Shown: one piece after another, positions 8,539 through 17,484 of the stretch
How the letters are laid out: every line of letters begins with the position of its first letter
How positions within the stretch are numbered: position 1 is the first letter of the stretch
IMG/VR virus record: IMGVR_UViG_3300017963_004045
Strand: one strand, 5' to 3'
Origin: an uncultured virus (IMG/VR IMGVR_UViG_3300017963_004045)
Lineage: Duplodnaviria > Heunggongvirae > Uroviricota > Caudoviricetes
Length of the DNA stretch: 20,000 bases
Made by a program: the position numbers and the translations under genes
The notes under the pieces: model-generated
The model's database searches: none
The model's input: the letters and a program-made list of their open reading frames with translations, nothing else
What the model was told of the DNA's origin: nothing

Positions 8539-8949
8539 ATGAAGAAAAAAGCAAAGTATATGGCTATGAAGAACGCCATTAGGCGACTTCAAGACGAGAG
8601 CGAAGCCACTTCTATAAGTGGCGGGGGCGACAGAACGACCTCTGAGAGAGGGGAAATCATCCTGTATTGCTCCTCTTGTAGAGGAAAGCAACCTCATAAG
8701 AGGGAGACGGTTGGAAGGCACAATTCCCACTATAAGCAAACCTGCATAGAGTGTGGAAGGGAGACCTTCAAGCCAGTGCCAGAGCCAGTCGGGAAGCCAA
8801 TCGGTGCGTTTCTCATAGAGAAGCGGATAGATGGCAATCTGGAAGGCATGACAATGGCTGAATACCATTTCCTTACAGAGATGGGGTTGTGCCCCATTGA
8901 CGAAGAGCCTTTCCTTAAAGAGAAGGGCATTCAGTTGAGGGGGCGGTAA
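8539..8949 (+). CDS. Zinc-ribbon protein
   Basis: YCSSC...H...TCIECG two-CxxC pattern. GAGG SD upstream. Confidence 0.7.
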   Translation: MKKKAKYMAMKNAIRRLQDESEATSISGGGDRTTSERGEIILYCSSCRGKQPHKRETVGRHNSHYKQTCIECGRETFKPVPEPVGKPIGAFLIEKRIDGNLEGMTMAEYHFLTEMGLCPIDEEPFLKEKGIQLRGR

Positions 8950-8990
8950 ACCGAGTGAAGTAACACTCGTTGAAAAGGAAGGTGAGAAAC

Positions 8991-10715
8991 TTGGAAAATT
9001 GGATAGAAGATAAGGAAAAGGGCTTGTTGAGAAAGCGGAACAACCTCTCGTCAACGGTATGTATTTGCATTACCAACGACTCTAAGAGGGTTGAGGAACT
9101 CGAAATCTTCGCTCTGAACTCTGGGCTTATCTTAGATAAGGCAGACGACATTGAGGGCGAAGCGGTTCTCGTTTATGACGACTGGACTGGTCTGGCTCGT
9201 CTTAATGAGGACGGAAGGCGTGAGACTGTAAGTCTTAGCGAAGAGGACGCTTTCGGAGACAACACCCAGACTGGTCAAGGGATACCTATAGATATGTATC
9301 TCTCAACGATGGACGCTGAGTTGAAGCGGAAGTCTGAACGCAACACAACGGTTATCATAAAGGGGCTAATCCAGACCTCAGCACAACTCAATAAGGCACT
9401 TAACAGTTGGACAGTGGACGACACAATGATGGACTTGGACTCAACGGTTGTTGTTTTCATTCCCCGAAGGGACATCATTCCCGACTCTATAAGGGCGAAG
9501 TGCAATGTCATTGAGATAGAGCCGAGTAACCCAGAGGAGCGAAGGGAACAGATTGTAGAGATAGCCAAGCAACTGGGCTGTCCCCCTTCTAAAGAGGAAA
9601 TAGACCGTATCGTTGAGATAACTGGCGGTCTCGACAGAACCCAGTTGGAGTCAGCACTCATAGAGACAATATACTTACATAAAGACACTCCGAACCCTAT
9701 CAATCAGGAGCATATCTCTAAGTTGAAGGGCGAACTCATATCCAGAGAAGCAATCCTTACAGTGCAAATGAACGGCAACAGGGGTTTCGAGTCCGTTGGG
9801 GGCTACAAGACTCTTAAAGAGTTCATCCAGAAGCACATCATAAAAGTGCTGAACAACAGAGAGAGAGCCAACCACTTCGGCATTAACTTACCGAAGGGTG
9901 TCTTAGTGTTCGGGATGGGGGGCACTGGCAAGACCATCTTGGCGAAGGCACTGGCAAAGGAACTTGGCATACCCTTCGTAGAGTTGAATGTCCAGAACAT
10001 CTTCTCTAAGTATGTCGGTGAGAGCGAACAGCGAACTGAGGAAGCCACTAAACTTATAGACGCACTCTCTCCATGTCTGGTCTACATTGACGAGATTGAC
10101 GCAATGGGCGGTCAGCGTGGGGGCACTGACTTAGATGGCGGTGCTACAAGAAAGGTAATGAGCGTTCTCATGCAGTGGTTGGCTAAGCCCCGAAACTCGT
10201 TGGTCTGGGCGACCACTAATAGAGTGCAAGACTTGGACGAAGCCTTTATGAGAGTGGGACGCTTTGACTACATTCTCCCCCAGTTCCTGCCAGACGGTGA
10301 GGCTCGAAGGGAAATCCTGAAAGTTCACTTAGAGGTTGTTCGGACAGTTCCGCACAAACTCACTAAGGGCGAACTCGAAGATATTGCCAGTCAGACCGAA
10401 GGCTACAATGGGGCTGAGGTTGAGAGTCTGGTCAATCAAGCCAGTCTTTACGCATTCGACAGCACTCGTGAGAAGGTAACATTGGACGACTTTAAGAGGG
10501 CACTGACCGATATGAAGGTCAACAAGACCGAAAGGGCTAAGACTCAGCAAGAGTATGTCGGTTACGCCAATCAGTTCGTCAACCACAAATCCTTCTTAGA
10601 GAAGAGCGTTGAGGAATACTCCAAGCCACTGTCCAGAGTCGAGAAGGCGAAAGCCAGACTTAAAGTAAAAGGTGAGCCAGAAGGTGAACCAGAGAGCGAA
10701 GAGAACGAAAACTAA
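8991..10715 (+). CDS. AAA+ ATPase, Ycf46-like architecture (degenerate N-terminal domain plus intact C-terminal AAA)
   Basis: Walker A GMGGTGKT, pore loop SKYVGESE, Walker B YIDEID, SRH TTNR..LDEAFMRVGRFD. The TTG start at 8991 follows GGAAGGTGA. Confidence 0.9.
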   Translation: MENWIEDKEKGLLRKRNNLSSTVCICITNDSKRVEELEIFALNSGLILDKADDIEGEAVLVYDDWTGLARLNEDGRRETVSLSEEDAFGDNTQTGQGIPIDMYLSTMDAELKRKSERNTTVIIKGLIQTSAQLNKALNSWTVDDTMMDLDSTVVVFIPRRDIIPDSIRAKCNVIEIEPSNPEERREQIVEIAKQLGCPPSKEEIDRIVEITGGLDRTQLESALIETIYLHKDTPNPINQEHISKLKGELISREAILTVQMNGNRGFESVGGYKTLKEFIQKHIIKVLNNRERANHFGINLPKGVLVFGMGGTGKTILAKALAKELGIPFVELNVQNIFSKYVGESEQRTEEATKLIDALSPCLVYIDEIDAMGGQRGGTDLDGGATRKVMSVLMQWLAKPRNSLVWATTNRVQDLDEAFMRVGRFDYILPQFLPDGEARREILKVHLEVVRTVPHKLTKGELEDIASQTEGYNGAEVESLVNQASLYAFDSTREKVTLDDFKRALTDMKVNKTERAKTQQEYVGYANQFVNHKSFLEKSVEEYSKPLSRVEKAKARLKVKGEPEGEPESEENEN

Positions 10716-10731
10716 AAGGAGCGTGATATAT

Positions 10732-11130
10732 ATGAGCCACACGAGAACCCAGAAGGTGAAAATAAAGAACGCCAATCCGAAGGTCTTAGAGGACGCAGTG
10801 GATATGCTCTGTAAGTTGATACCCGAACTCGAAAGGGTGCAGAGCATACGGGGATACGGGGGCAGTCGTTCCTCTCTTAGAAAGGGAGCGATTGCAGTCA
10901 AGCACCACAATTCCCGATATGGTCAACAGATATATCTCAATGAGAAGGGCGAAATCGTCATATCTGGCGAGTCGATGGACTACGAGACAACGAAGTTCTT
11001 GACGAGCCAACTCAAACAGATGTATAAGACCAAAGCCACACAAATGTCCCTTAAGAAGATGGGCTACAAAACTCAAACCCAGTATGACCACGAGAAGAAA
11101 AAGATAAAGATACTGGCTATGAGGGGGTGA
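10732..11130 (+). CDS. DUF1257/Ycf35-like protein
   Basis: Starts MSH...K.KIKN..VLEDA, has a C-terminal 'LKQMY...LKKMGY', and directly follows a Ycf46-like ATPase. Confidence 0.65.
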   Translation: MSHTRTQKVKIKNANPKVLEDAVDMLCKLIPELERVQSIRGYGGSRSSLRKGAIAVKHHNSRYGQQIYLNEKGEIVISGESMDYETTKFLTSQLKQMYKTKATQMSLKKMGYKTQTQYDHEKKKIKILAMRG

Positions 11131-11135
11131 ACACC

Positions 11136-11348
11136 ATGACCGAGCAATTTCTTATAGAGATTGAAGAGGATGGCGAAATGTTCGTCAAGACATCTGGCTT
11201 CTTCGGGAATGCCTGTAAGGTCGCTGGAGATAAACTGAAAGGTTTACTCTCTAAGTTGGGCGTTCAGGTCGAGACCGAAGATATAAAGCCGACTGACGAA
11301 TACTACAGAGAGCAATCCCAGAGGGAAATCCAGACAACACAACAGTAA
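11136..11348 (+). CDS. DUF2997-like small protein
   Basis: 'IEIEEDGEMFVKTSGFFGNAC...LG...KPTDEYY' matches the recalled DUF2997 pattern. GGGGTGA SD upstream. Confidence 0.7.
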   Translation: MTEQFLIEIEEDGEMFVKTSGFFGNACKVAGDKLKGLLSKLGVQVETEDIKPTDEYYREQSQREIQTTQQ

Positions 11349-11399
11349 GTAGCCGAAGTCGAAATCCAACACCCGTTGGAAAAAAGGAAGGTGAACACT

Positions 11400-12803
11400 A
11401 TGGGAGACGAAATACAGAGCGATAACTTTGAGGGATACCGCAACAGGTTTTTGAAAGCCAGTGCTGACGAAAACACTGAGGAACTTCGGGCAATACTCTC
11501 AGAGGCACTTAAAGACGAGACACTTCTTGAGAACGAGAAGTCTCGAATTCAGGTGTCCATCAACAAGAGCCTGAAAGCCATCGAAGGCGAACCGACACTT
11601 AAAGGGGATACCGTTGCTGGAAAGAAACTCATTGCCACGAGCCAAGACTTAGAGAATGTCCAGACCATTGGGCATTTGATAGGCTTCTCAGTGAGTGAGC
11701 GTGAGGATTATGTCTATGTGCCGAATGAAGCACTGGACAAATACTGGAACGACAACGGACTCCCCCAGAACTTTAAGCCCAATCCCATAAGGGAGAAGGA
11801 CGCTTTTAAAGTGGCTTGTCGGTCATTTGAAGGCACTGAACCAGTCAATGAGGAAATGGTCAAGACCTTCGGCTCTTCTTATAGAGTGCGATGGGATGTT
11901 ACCGCACTGTCCCCCAATGAGTATCAGATTACCCGCAAGATAATCGAACTCATAAAGGACGAGAAATCCAAGAGGGACAAACTCGAAGAGAAGGTGCTGA
12001 GCCATGAGAACATCTGTAAGTTCATCATGGACGAGACCACAACCGAAGTATCTGGCAAGAGGGAAGGCACAACGAAGAAACAGGTTACTCTCTCTTACAG
12101 GGCGATTGCCGAGAAGGACGAATACAAAGACCTCACCGCACAACTTAAAGAGCAACTCGTTGAGCAAATCGAGTGGTATAAGAACCACACCACTGGCAAG
12201 AAGATAAGGGACGCTATTAGAGACATGGTTTATAGGTGTCATGGCGTTAACCTCACAATGTCCAGTGGGGGAGCGTGGTTTGTGCCAGTCGAATATGAAA
12301 GCACCGTTGCCAGAATGAAGGCATTCGTTAAGTGGGTTGGCGAGAACCACACTTATATAAGTGGTCGAGCCACACTCTTGACGATACCCGTCATTGACGA
12401 CTACGATGTGAAGGCTCAAATCGAGCAAGATGTCTATGCACTCGTTGAGAACCGCATGGAGAAAATGCTCAGAGACACTCTAAGGCAACTGGAAGGCACT
12501 GACGAAGATAAGGTTGAGGAACTTCTGGCACGAAAAATCGCAGAGCATGGCAAGAACATAAAGTTGCTGGACGACTACAAGAAGATACTCTCTAAGAAGA
12601 TAAATGTCGAACTCGAATTCATCGACTACGAGAGTGCCAAGATAAAGGGCGGTAAGCAACTATCTGGAAGGGCGAAGGCATTACTCAGAAAACTGACCAC
12701 TACTGACCAGTTCAATGAGAATGCCACGCCTAAGCCAGAGTCCGAGCCAGTGCCTGAGCCAGAGACAGTCCCAGAGACCGAGCCAGAGACAGTAGCGGAA
12801 TAG
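11400..12803 (+). CDS. DUF6744-like protein with PE-repeat tail
   Basis: 'P..I.EKDAFKVACR' and 'GGAWFVP' motifs recalled from this MGE-associated family. GGAAGGTGA SD before ATG 11400. Confidence 0.6.
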   Translation: MGDEIQSDNFEGYRNRFLKASADENTEELRAILSEALKDETLLENEKSRIQVSINKSLKAIEGEPTLKGDTVAGKKLIATSQDLENVQTIGHLIGFSVSEREDYVYVPNEALDKYWNDNGLPQNFKPNPIREKDAFKVACRSFEGTEPVNEEMVKTFGSSYRVRWDVTALSPNEYQITRKIIELIKDEKSKRDKLEEKVLSHENICKFIMDETTTEVSGKREGTTKKQVTLSYRAIAEKDEYKDLTAQLKEQLVEQIEWYKNHTTGKKIRDAIRDMVYRCHGVNLTMSSGGAWFVPVEYESTVARMKAFVKWVGENHTYISGRATLLTIPVIDDYDVKAQIEQDVYALVENRMEKMLRDTLRQLEGTDEDKVEELLARKIAEHGKNIKLLDDYKKILSKKINVELEFIDYESAKIKGGKQLSGRAKALLRKLTTTDQFNENATPKPESEPVPEPETVPETEPETVAE

Positions 12804-12846
12804 GGCTTCGGCAGAGTCCAACACCCGTTGGAATTTGCCGAGTCCC
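12803..12846. repeat. 44-nt imperfect inverted repeat with the YAAC-N4-GTTR motif at its apex
   Basis: GGGCTTCGGCAGAGTCCAAC-ACCC-GTTGGAATTTGCCGAGTCCC; 16 of 20 pairs are Watson-Crick and 2 are G-T. Confidence 0.7.
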
Positions 12847-12873
12847 TCTTATATATTCGCAAGAGGTGAGCGT

Positions 12874-13038
12874 ATGCAAGAATTTAACTTCGAGCATGAG
12901 CCGATAGACTTCGAGCCAGAGATACCCCCAGAGTTCGACCATCACTCTAAGGATTGCCAGTGTCCAGATTGCGTAACCTTAAGGTCTAATCGCAATGGGG
13001 CATACTGGAATGGCTTTGAGTGGGAAGAACTGGTCTAA
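12874..13038 (+). CDS. Small acidic protein with H...CxCxxC metal-binding motif
   Basis: GAGGTGA SD before ATG 12874. Contains HHSKDCQCPDC. Confidence 0.65.
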   Translation: MQEFNFEHEPIDFEPEIPPEFDHHSKDCQCPDCVTLRSNRNGAYWNGFEWEELV

Positions 13039-13053
13039 TCGGGGGTGAATGCC

Positions 13054-13680
13054 ATGACAATGACTGACTTAGAGAAGGAACTGGCGAAGAGAATAGGCAA
13101 GTTTATGAGGGAACTTAAAGAGGATGGCTTAGCCACGCATTGCTCTACAGTTCTGGTCTGGGGCAACGGTGAGACTGGCGATAATGGGCTAATTCCCTTC
13201 TTTGAGGGAGATAGCCAATTCGACAGTCTGACAGTTCACCGTCTGGACAGTCTGGTTGCTCAGGTGAAAGTTAAGGGCTTCTCACCAGAGAGAACCGTAT
13301 TGACCGATGAAAGCGGTGAAATGAAGGAGTTCCAGACTCACGAAGAGTTCATAGAGTATATGAACAATCAGGGGCTGAGCGTCCTTAAAGAGTCTTTCGA
13401 CACAATGTCTGAACATGAGGGAACGGAATTCGCAAGAGACGGTCTTGCAAAGGGCATAACACTGACAGTAGCCAAGAGCAACGACTGGCTCAATCTCTCA
13501 ACAGAGGAAAAACTGGATAAGATTGCCGAGACGATAGCCCACTTACAGAGTTTCGAGTCTGGGAACTGGTTGCCAGACTTCACCGACTTAGAGTTAACGA
13601 AAGCCATCCAGTTCGTTGACCACATTGTTAAGTTCGGTTATCCACCGCAAGAGTCTGGCAATGATGTAGCATTCGCCTAA
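13054..13680 (+). CDS. Hypothetical acidic protein
   Basis: GGGGTGA SD before ATG 13054. Co-oriented ~208-aa ORF. Confidence 0.75.
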   Translation: MTMTDLEKELAKRIGKFMRELKEDGLATHCSTVLVWGNGETGDNGLIPFFEGDSQFDSLTVHRLDSLVAQVKVKGFSPERTVLTDESGEMKEFQTHEEFIEYMNNQGLSVLKESFDTMSEHEGTEFARDGLAKGITLTVAKSNDWLNLSTEEKLDKIAETIAHLQSFESGNWLPDFTDLELTKAIQFVDHIVKFGYPPQESGNDVAFA

Positions 13681-13712
13681 TCCAACACTCGTTGAGTTTC
13701 AGAGTGATTGCA

Positions 13713-13898
13713 ATGCCAAGCCACTTAGAGATAGTGGTCAGTGATACTGGCATAGAGTTCCCCGAAGAGATAGACCAGACCTTCCAGACGCTCTTAGAAT
13801 TCTATGAGAATATGGGGGAACTGGGCATAGAACTCGAAGGGGATAGCATGGCTGAGAACTTAGAGCAAAAGGTCTTAGCCATATCTCTATGTGGCTGA
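13713..13898 (+). CDS. Small acidic hypothetical protein
   Basis: 61-aa ORF between two motif copies. GAGTGA upstream. Confidence 0.6.
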   Translation: MPSHLEIVVSDTGIEFPEEIDQTFQTLLEFYENMGELGIELEGDSMAENLEQKVLAISLCG

Positions 13899-13952
13899 TT
13901 GCCGAGAACCGAGAGACCAACAGTCGTTGAAACCAATCGAAATTGGGATAGC

Positions 13953-14765
13953 ATGACGCTACAGATAAGACTCACTGGTAAGTATATCGGAGTGAAACGA
14001 GCCAAGCAATCTATAGAGTTCATTCGTGAAATGGCAGTCTTACAAATGCTCGATGTGAGGGACATTGCCGAGATGGGCTATTTAGAGTATCTGGATAAAG
14101 GGCATAGGCAAATGACCTTTCGCCCAGACTCAGACCTGACAGAGTATAATGCCCAGATACTTCACGAAGGGGATAATGCCATCAGAACCAAATCCTTCGG
14201 CATTGAAGTGAACTTCCCTAATGATAGTTATCTGACCGTCCAGTTCGCCCACATGATAAACAATAAGTGCGTTTTTGCCTTCGGCAGTGCCGACTTCGAC
14301 TTAGTATGGTATGCTGAGGATACCCCCTCTAAGAGACAGGCAGTCAACAATCACTTATGGTCTATCCATACCTTAGAGACAATCAAAAGCAACTTCATGC
14401 CTGAACTGGAAATCAGGGACGAAAGCAACTATCATAAGACACCCCCAGACGCTGAGACATTGGCATACTGGCGACAGGAAAAACTTGAAGGTCATGGCGT
14501 TGACCGAGAAGCCGACTTCGAGAACCTTCAAAACCACAATCTTGAACATCTGTTGAGCCAGATAGACTTCGACATAGCCAGTCTGACCGCAAGAAGAATG
14601 CACCGTTCCGATGTGCTGACTTCAAAGCGTATTGCAAAAATGCGAATGTGGTTGAACCATACCCCAGAGGTCGAAGAGTATTCATATATCACGCAGACCA
14701 AGAAAGACATTAGAAGGGTGCTGAGCCTTTTCGGGATACGCCCCGAAGAACAGGCGGTGCGATGA
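13953..14765 (+). CDS. Hypothetical protein
   Basis: 270-aa ORF starting at the first ATG after the motif at 13918. Confidence 0.75.
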   Translation: MTLQIRLTGKYIGVKRAKQSIEFIREMAVLQMLDVRDIAEMGYLEYLDKGHRQMTFRPDSDLTEYNAQILHEGDNAIRTKSFGIEVNFPNDSYLTVQFAHMINNKCVFAFGSADFDLVWYAEDTPSKRQAVNNHLWSIHTLETIKSNFMPELEIRDESNYHKTPPDAETLAYWRQEKLEGHGVDREADFENLQNHNLEHLLSQIDFDIASLTARRMHRSDVLTSKRIAKMRMWLNHTPEVEEYSYITQTKKDIRRVLSLFGIRPEEQAVR

Positions 14766-14793
14766 GGTGGCACACCTCGAAAGCGGAAAAATC

Positions 14794-14971
14794 CAACGCT
14801 TGTTGATTTGATGGCTTGGGATGAGCCAGTGTCGATTTCGGCATGGCAAAATCAACCCCCCATGTATCCACTCCTACGGGATGATGACCAGTCGTAGACT
14901 GGCATCACCCGTATGATTGGATACTATGAACGCATTAGCGTAAGCCAATCGGTAGAAATCAACGGGTGTTG
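14794..14971. other. Motif-bracketed hairpin module 1
   Basis: Motifs at 14794 and 14960. Hairpin 14861-14928 with a C-GTA-G loop. Confidence 0.7.
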
Positions 14972-14987
14972 AACGGAAGGCGATAGC

Positions 14988-15236
14988 ATGGTTAAAAAAG
15001 TCTTTATAAAAGGTGCGTGGTTGCACACACTGGATACCGAGTTATCCGAAGAGGAATTTATAGCGAAGTCTGGGGGCATGGACGCATTAGAGCCATACAG
15101 AGCCTACCCCTTCGTTAGTCTGGTGCTTGACAACCCCGAAGAGCCTATACTGGTCGGGCATACCAACGGTAGAACCATCAGTCTAACAATGTCTGGGCGT
15201 GGGCACGAGCATTATCAGACAATGGAATGGAAGTGA
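14988..15236 (+). CDS. Hypothetical protein (82 aa)
   Basis: GGAAGGCGA SD directly after the motif. Confidence 0.7.
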   Translation: MVKKVFIKGAWLHTLDTELSEEEFIAKSGGMDALEPYRAYPFVSLVLDNPEEPILVGHTNGRTISLTMSGRGHEHYQTMEWK

Positions 15237-15312
15237 GAGCATTCTGCCAGACCGCAGAACTGAAGGGCTTGAGGCTTTCCCTGAAGTCCCGAAGGCAAAC
15301 CACACCAAAAAG

Positions 15313-15504
15313 CAACAGTCGTTGAAACTCAAAACAGCAGTGCCAGAATATAGATTGCACCCACGCAAAATACAAAATAATACGCTAATCATTAGACCGT
15401 TACCTTTGAGGGTATCTCTCCCGAAGGGAGCGATACCCGAAACACAGGTAACGCTCTAATGCCAGAAATTGACATCCGAGAAAAGTAAAATCTAACGAAT
15501 GTTG
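15313..15504. other. Motif-bracketed hairpin module 2
   Basis: Motifs at 15313 and 15493. Hairpin 15390-15461 with a C-GAA-G loop. Confidence 0.7.
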
Positions 15505-15519
15505 AACGGAGTTGAGCAA

Positions 15520-16107
15520 ATGGAAAAGAACTGGATACTAATAGGAAAAGGCATAATAAACTGGGGCAGGGATGAGCGTATAGGAGACCGCTATGGGACA
15601 GTTGGATTATTTGACGGTAGCCAAGATAATCTATTGCCCATTAAAGATGTTCGTGGGCATGGTAAACTGATTGCCCACATACGCAAGACCAGACAATCCT
15701 ACCACATAGGCGATGTATTCAGGGGATTATCCCCAAAGACACCCAAAGAAAACGAATTCATCGAACTGGGCGAAGGGACGGTTTTCTTCGAGCATAAGAA
15801 TGGCATTCAGGGACGCTATATCGGGCTAAAACCAGACGAACCCAGAGACAGCGACTGGTTGAACCCCCAAGCCCTCTATCGTTGCCATAGCCAGACCGTT
15901 GACCTATACTTTGCTCCCACGCAAACATGGATATGTGAAGAATGCGGAACTGAGTATGCGAGTAGCACAGGCGATAAACCCACCCCACCCAAATGGAAGG
16001 ATGGGCACGAGTGCAAACTAACCCCCAAGCCGAGTGCAGAAGAGCAGGTGGCTTCTGAGCAAGTCCCCTCGTCCTCTCACGCACAGGCGACCAGTTCCCA
16101 CACTTGA
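15520..16107 (+). CDS. Hypothetical protein with C-terminal CxxC...HxC zinc-finger-like motif
   Basis: ATG 15520 after GGAGTTGA. Contains WICEECG...GHEC. Confidence 0.75.
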   Translation: MEKNWILIGKGIINWGRDERIGDRYGTVGLFDGSQDNLLPIKDVRGHGKLIAHIRKTRQSYHIGDVFRGLSPKTPKENEFIELGEGTVFFEHKNGIQGRYIGLKPDEPRDSDWLNPQALYRCHSQTVDLYFAPTQTWICEECGTEYASSTGDKPTPPKWKDGHECKLTPKPSAEEQVASEQVPSSSHAQATSSHT

Positions 16108-16189
16108 AACCGAAGCAGGACGACCTCCAACACGGTCTGCAAAGGATGAAAGTCGGAAAAAACCAACGAGTGTTGAAGGAGGAATAGAA

Positions 16190-16690
16190 ATGCCAGATTG
16201 GGAAGATATAATAGATAACCTCGTGGGCGATAGGTATGATGTCAAAGAGATACTAACAGCCCTGCACGAGAACGAGAACCATACAGGGATATGGGAAGAA
16301 ATAGGCGAAGAACTACTATTGCCAGACATGGACTGGACGCAACTGGAAGGCATACTACAGCATATCGAGAGCGAATACAAGAGCGAATTCATGGAATACT
16401 TAGAAGAGAACCTTCGGGACGACCTCTTGGAACAGATTAGAAACCAAGAAACCGAAGCCCTACTGGACGCTCTACGCACAATCCGAGATACGCACCCAGA
16501 CGAATGGGACAAGATAGTAACGCCAGAATTGATGAACGCATGGGACAGAGCCAAACGCCAGACCACCGAGCCGACCACCTCACGACCACCTCAAAACGAT
16601 GACGATGATGACGAGGAGGCGGGTTGTGAGGCTAAAACAGAGGAAAAATCAACGGTTGTTGAAAATGAGAAATCCGAGAGCCAGATTTAA
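16190..16690 (+). CDS. Highly acidic helical protein
   Basis: AGGAGG SD before ATG 16190. Very rich in D/E, with a poly-D tract. Confidence 0.75.
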   Translation: MPDWEDIIDNLVGDRYDVKEILTALHENENHTGIWEEIGEELLLPDMDWTQLEGILQHIESEYKSEFMEYLEENLRDDLLEQIRNQETEALLDALRTIRDTHPDEWDKIVTPELMNAWDRAKRQTTEPTTSRPPQNDDDDDEEAGCEAKTEEKSTVVENEKSESQI

Positions 16691-16825
16691 ATAATCGGTT
16701 GCTGATATGTCGGTCTACAGAGGATACAGGAGAGTGTTCCTCTACCGAAGGTAGCGGAACTATCTCCGTGTATCCGTTGTAGGCGAGGAACGAGATGTCC
16801 AGTCGGAAAAAACCAACAGGCGTTG
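16650..16825. other. Motif-bracketed hairpin module 3
   Basis: Motifs at 16650 and 16814. Hairpin 16713-16784 with a C-GAA-G loop. Confidence 0.7.
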
Positions 16826-16831
16826 ATTGAA

Positions 16832-17155
16832 ATGGCAGTCATTCGGAAGGATGATAGGGGATTATACGCAAATGTGGGCGGTTATATCGTAAGACCTCTA
16901 CTTGATACCCAATATAAAGAGGGCGACCATGTGGATGGACACCATTACGGTGGAACTACTACGGTGGGCATGGGCAAGAATAAGGACACCCCCAAGCGTG
17001 AGTATGAAGAGTATTGGAGAACCGATTGGAAGGGGCAATACGACCTGATAGAGCAAAGGTTAGGCAAAGATGAAGCCGACAGGTTTCTTGAAAATGAGAG
17101 GACTCTAATGCGGTTAAAGATGAAGTTCCAGAGGGAAAAAAGGAACAGGGGTTAG
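16832..17155 (+). CDS. Hypothetical protein
   Basis: ATG 6 nt after the motif. 107-aa ORF. Confidence 0.7.
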   Translation: MAVIRKDDRGLYANVGGYIVRPLLDTQYKEGDHVDGHHYGGTTTVGMGKNKDTPKREYEEYWRTDWKGQYDLIEQRLGKDEADRFLENERTLMRLKMKFQREKRNRG

Positions 17156-17158
17156 ATT

Positions 17159-17473
17159 ATGAACATCGAAAAATGCGATTATTGTTACTCAAAGCCCATG
17201 AGCGAATACGAGCATAATCTGGAATATGCCATGAAGGAATGCGAGAAATACGATAAGCCAGAGGTAGTAATCACCAATCATACGAACTCTCGAACCTATT
17301 CAGTGAGTCTTGGCGAATTCAGGCGAGAATTCATCAGGGAAAAGGACGCTGAGTTGTTTGCCGAGATATTGGAAAGGGAAATGGAAAACCAGAACCACCC
17401 AGAACCCGAACCAGAACCCAAACGCACAAGGCTTGATGTGGCGAAGAGGAAGATAGAACAGAGCAAAAAATAA
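17159..17473 (+). CDS. Hypothetical protein with N-terminal CxxC
   Basis: 104-aa ORF. Its stop TAA is the start of the motif TAACGGGTGTTA. Confidence 0.7.
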   Translation: MNIEKCDYCYSKPMSEYEHNLEYAMKECEKYDKPEVVITNHTNSRTYSVSLGEFRREFIREKDAELFAEILEREMENQNHPEPEPEPKRTRLDVAKRKIEQSKK

Positions 17474-17484
17474 CGGGTGTTAAA

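Noticed and set aside
7603..8579. Short ORFs in the central region (7603-7860, 7891-8157, 7900-8151, 7905-8105, 8130-8324, 8315-8506, 8391-8579)
   Set aside because: Their composition just reflects the DNA repeats, they lack SD motifs, and they overlap promoters and palindromes.
8991..10715. Calling the ATPase CDC48/VCP, FtsH or PAN
   Set aside because: It has only one intact AAA domain and no TM/protease or OB/coiled-coil N-domain. The gene context fits Ycf46-like ATPases better.
12729..12795. CCAGAG-type repeats at the end of the 11400-12803 gene
   Set aside because: Explained by a PE/PET low-complexity protein tail. Similar tails occur in the AAA and 17159 ORFs.
15199..15459. 86-aa ORF, and similarly 18235-18450
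   Set aside because: They overlap upstream genes, lack an SD and run through hairpin/motif modules, so they are more likely non-coding.
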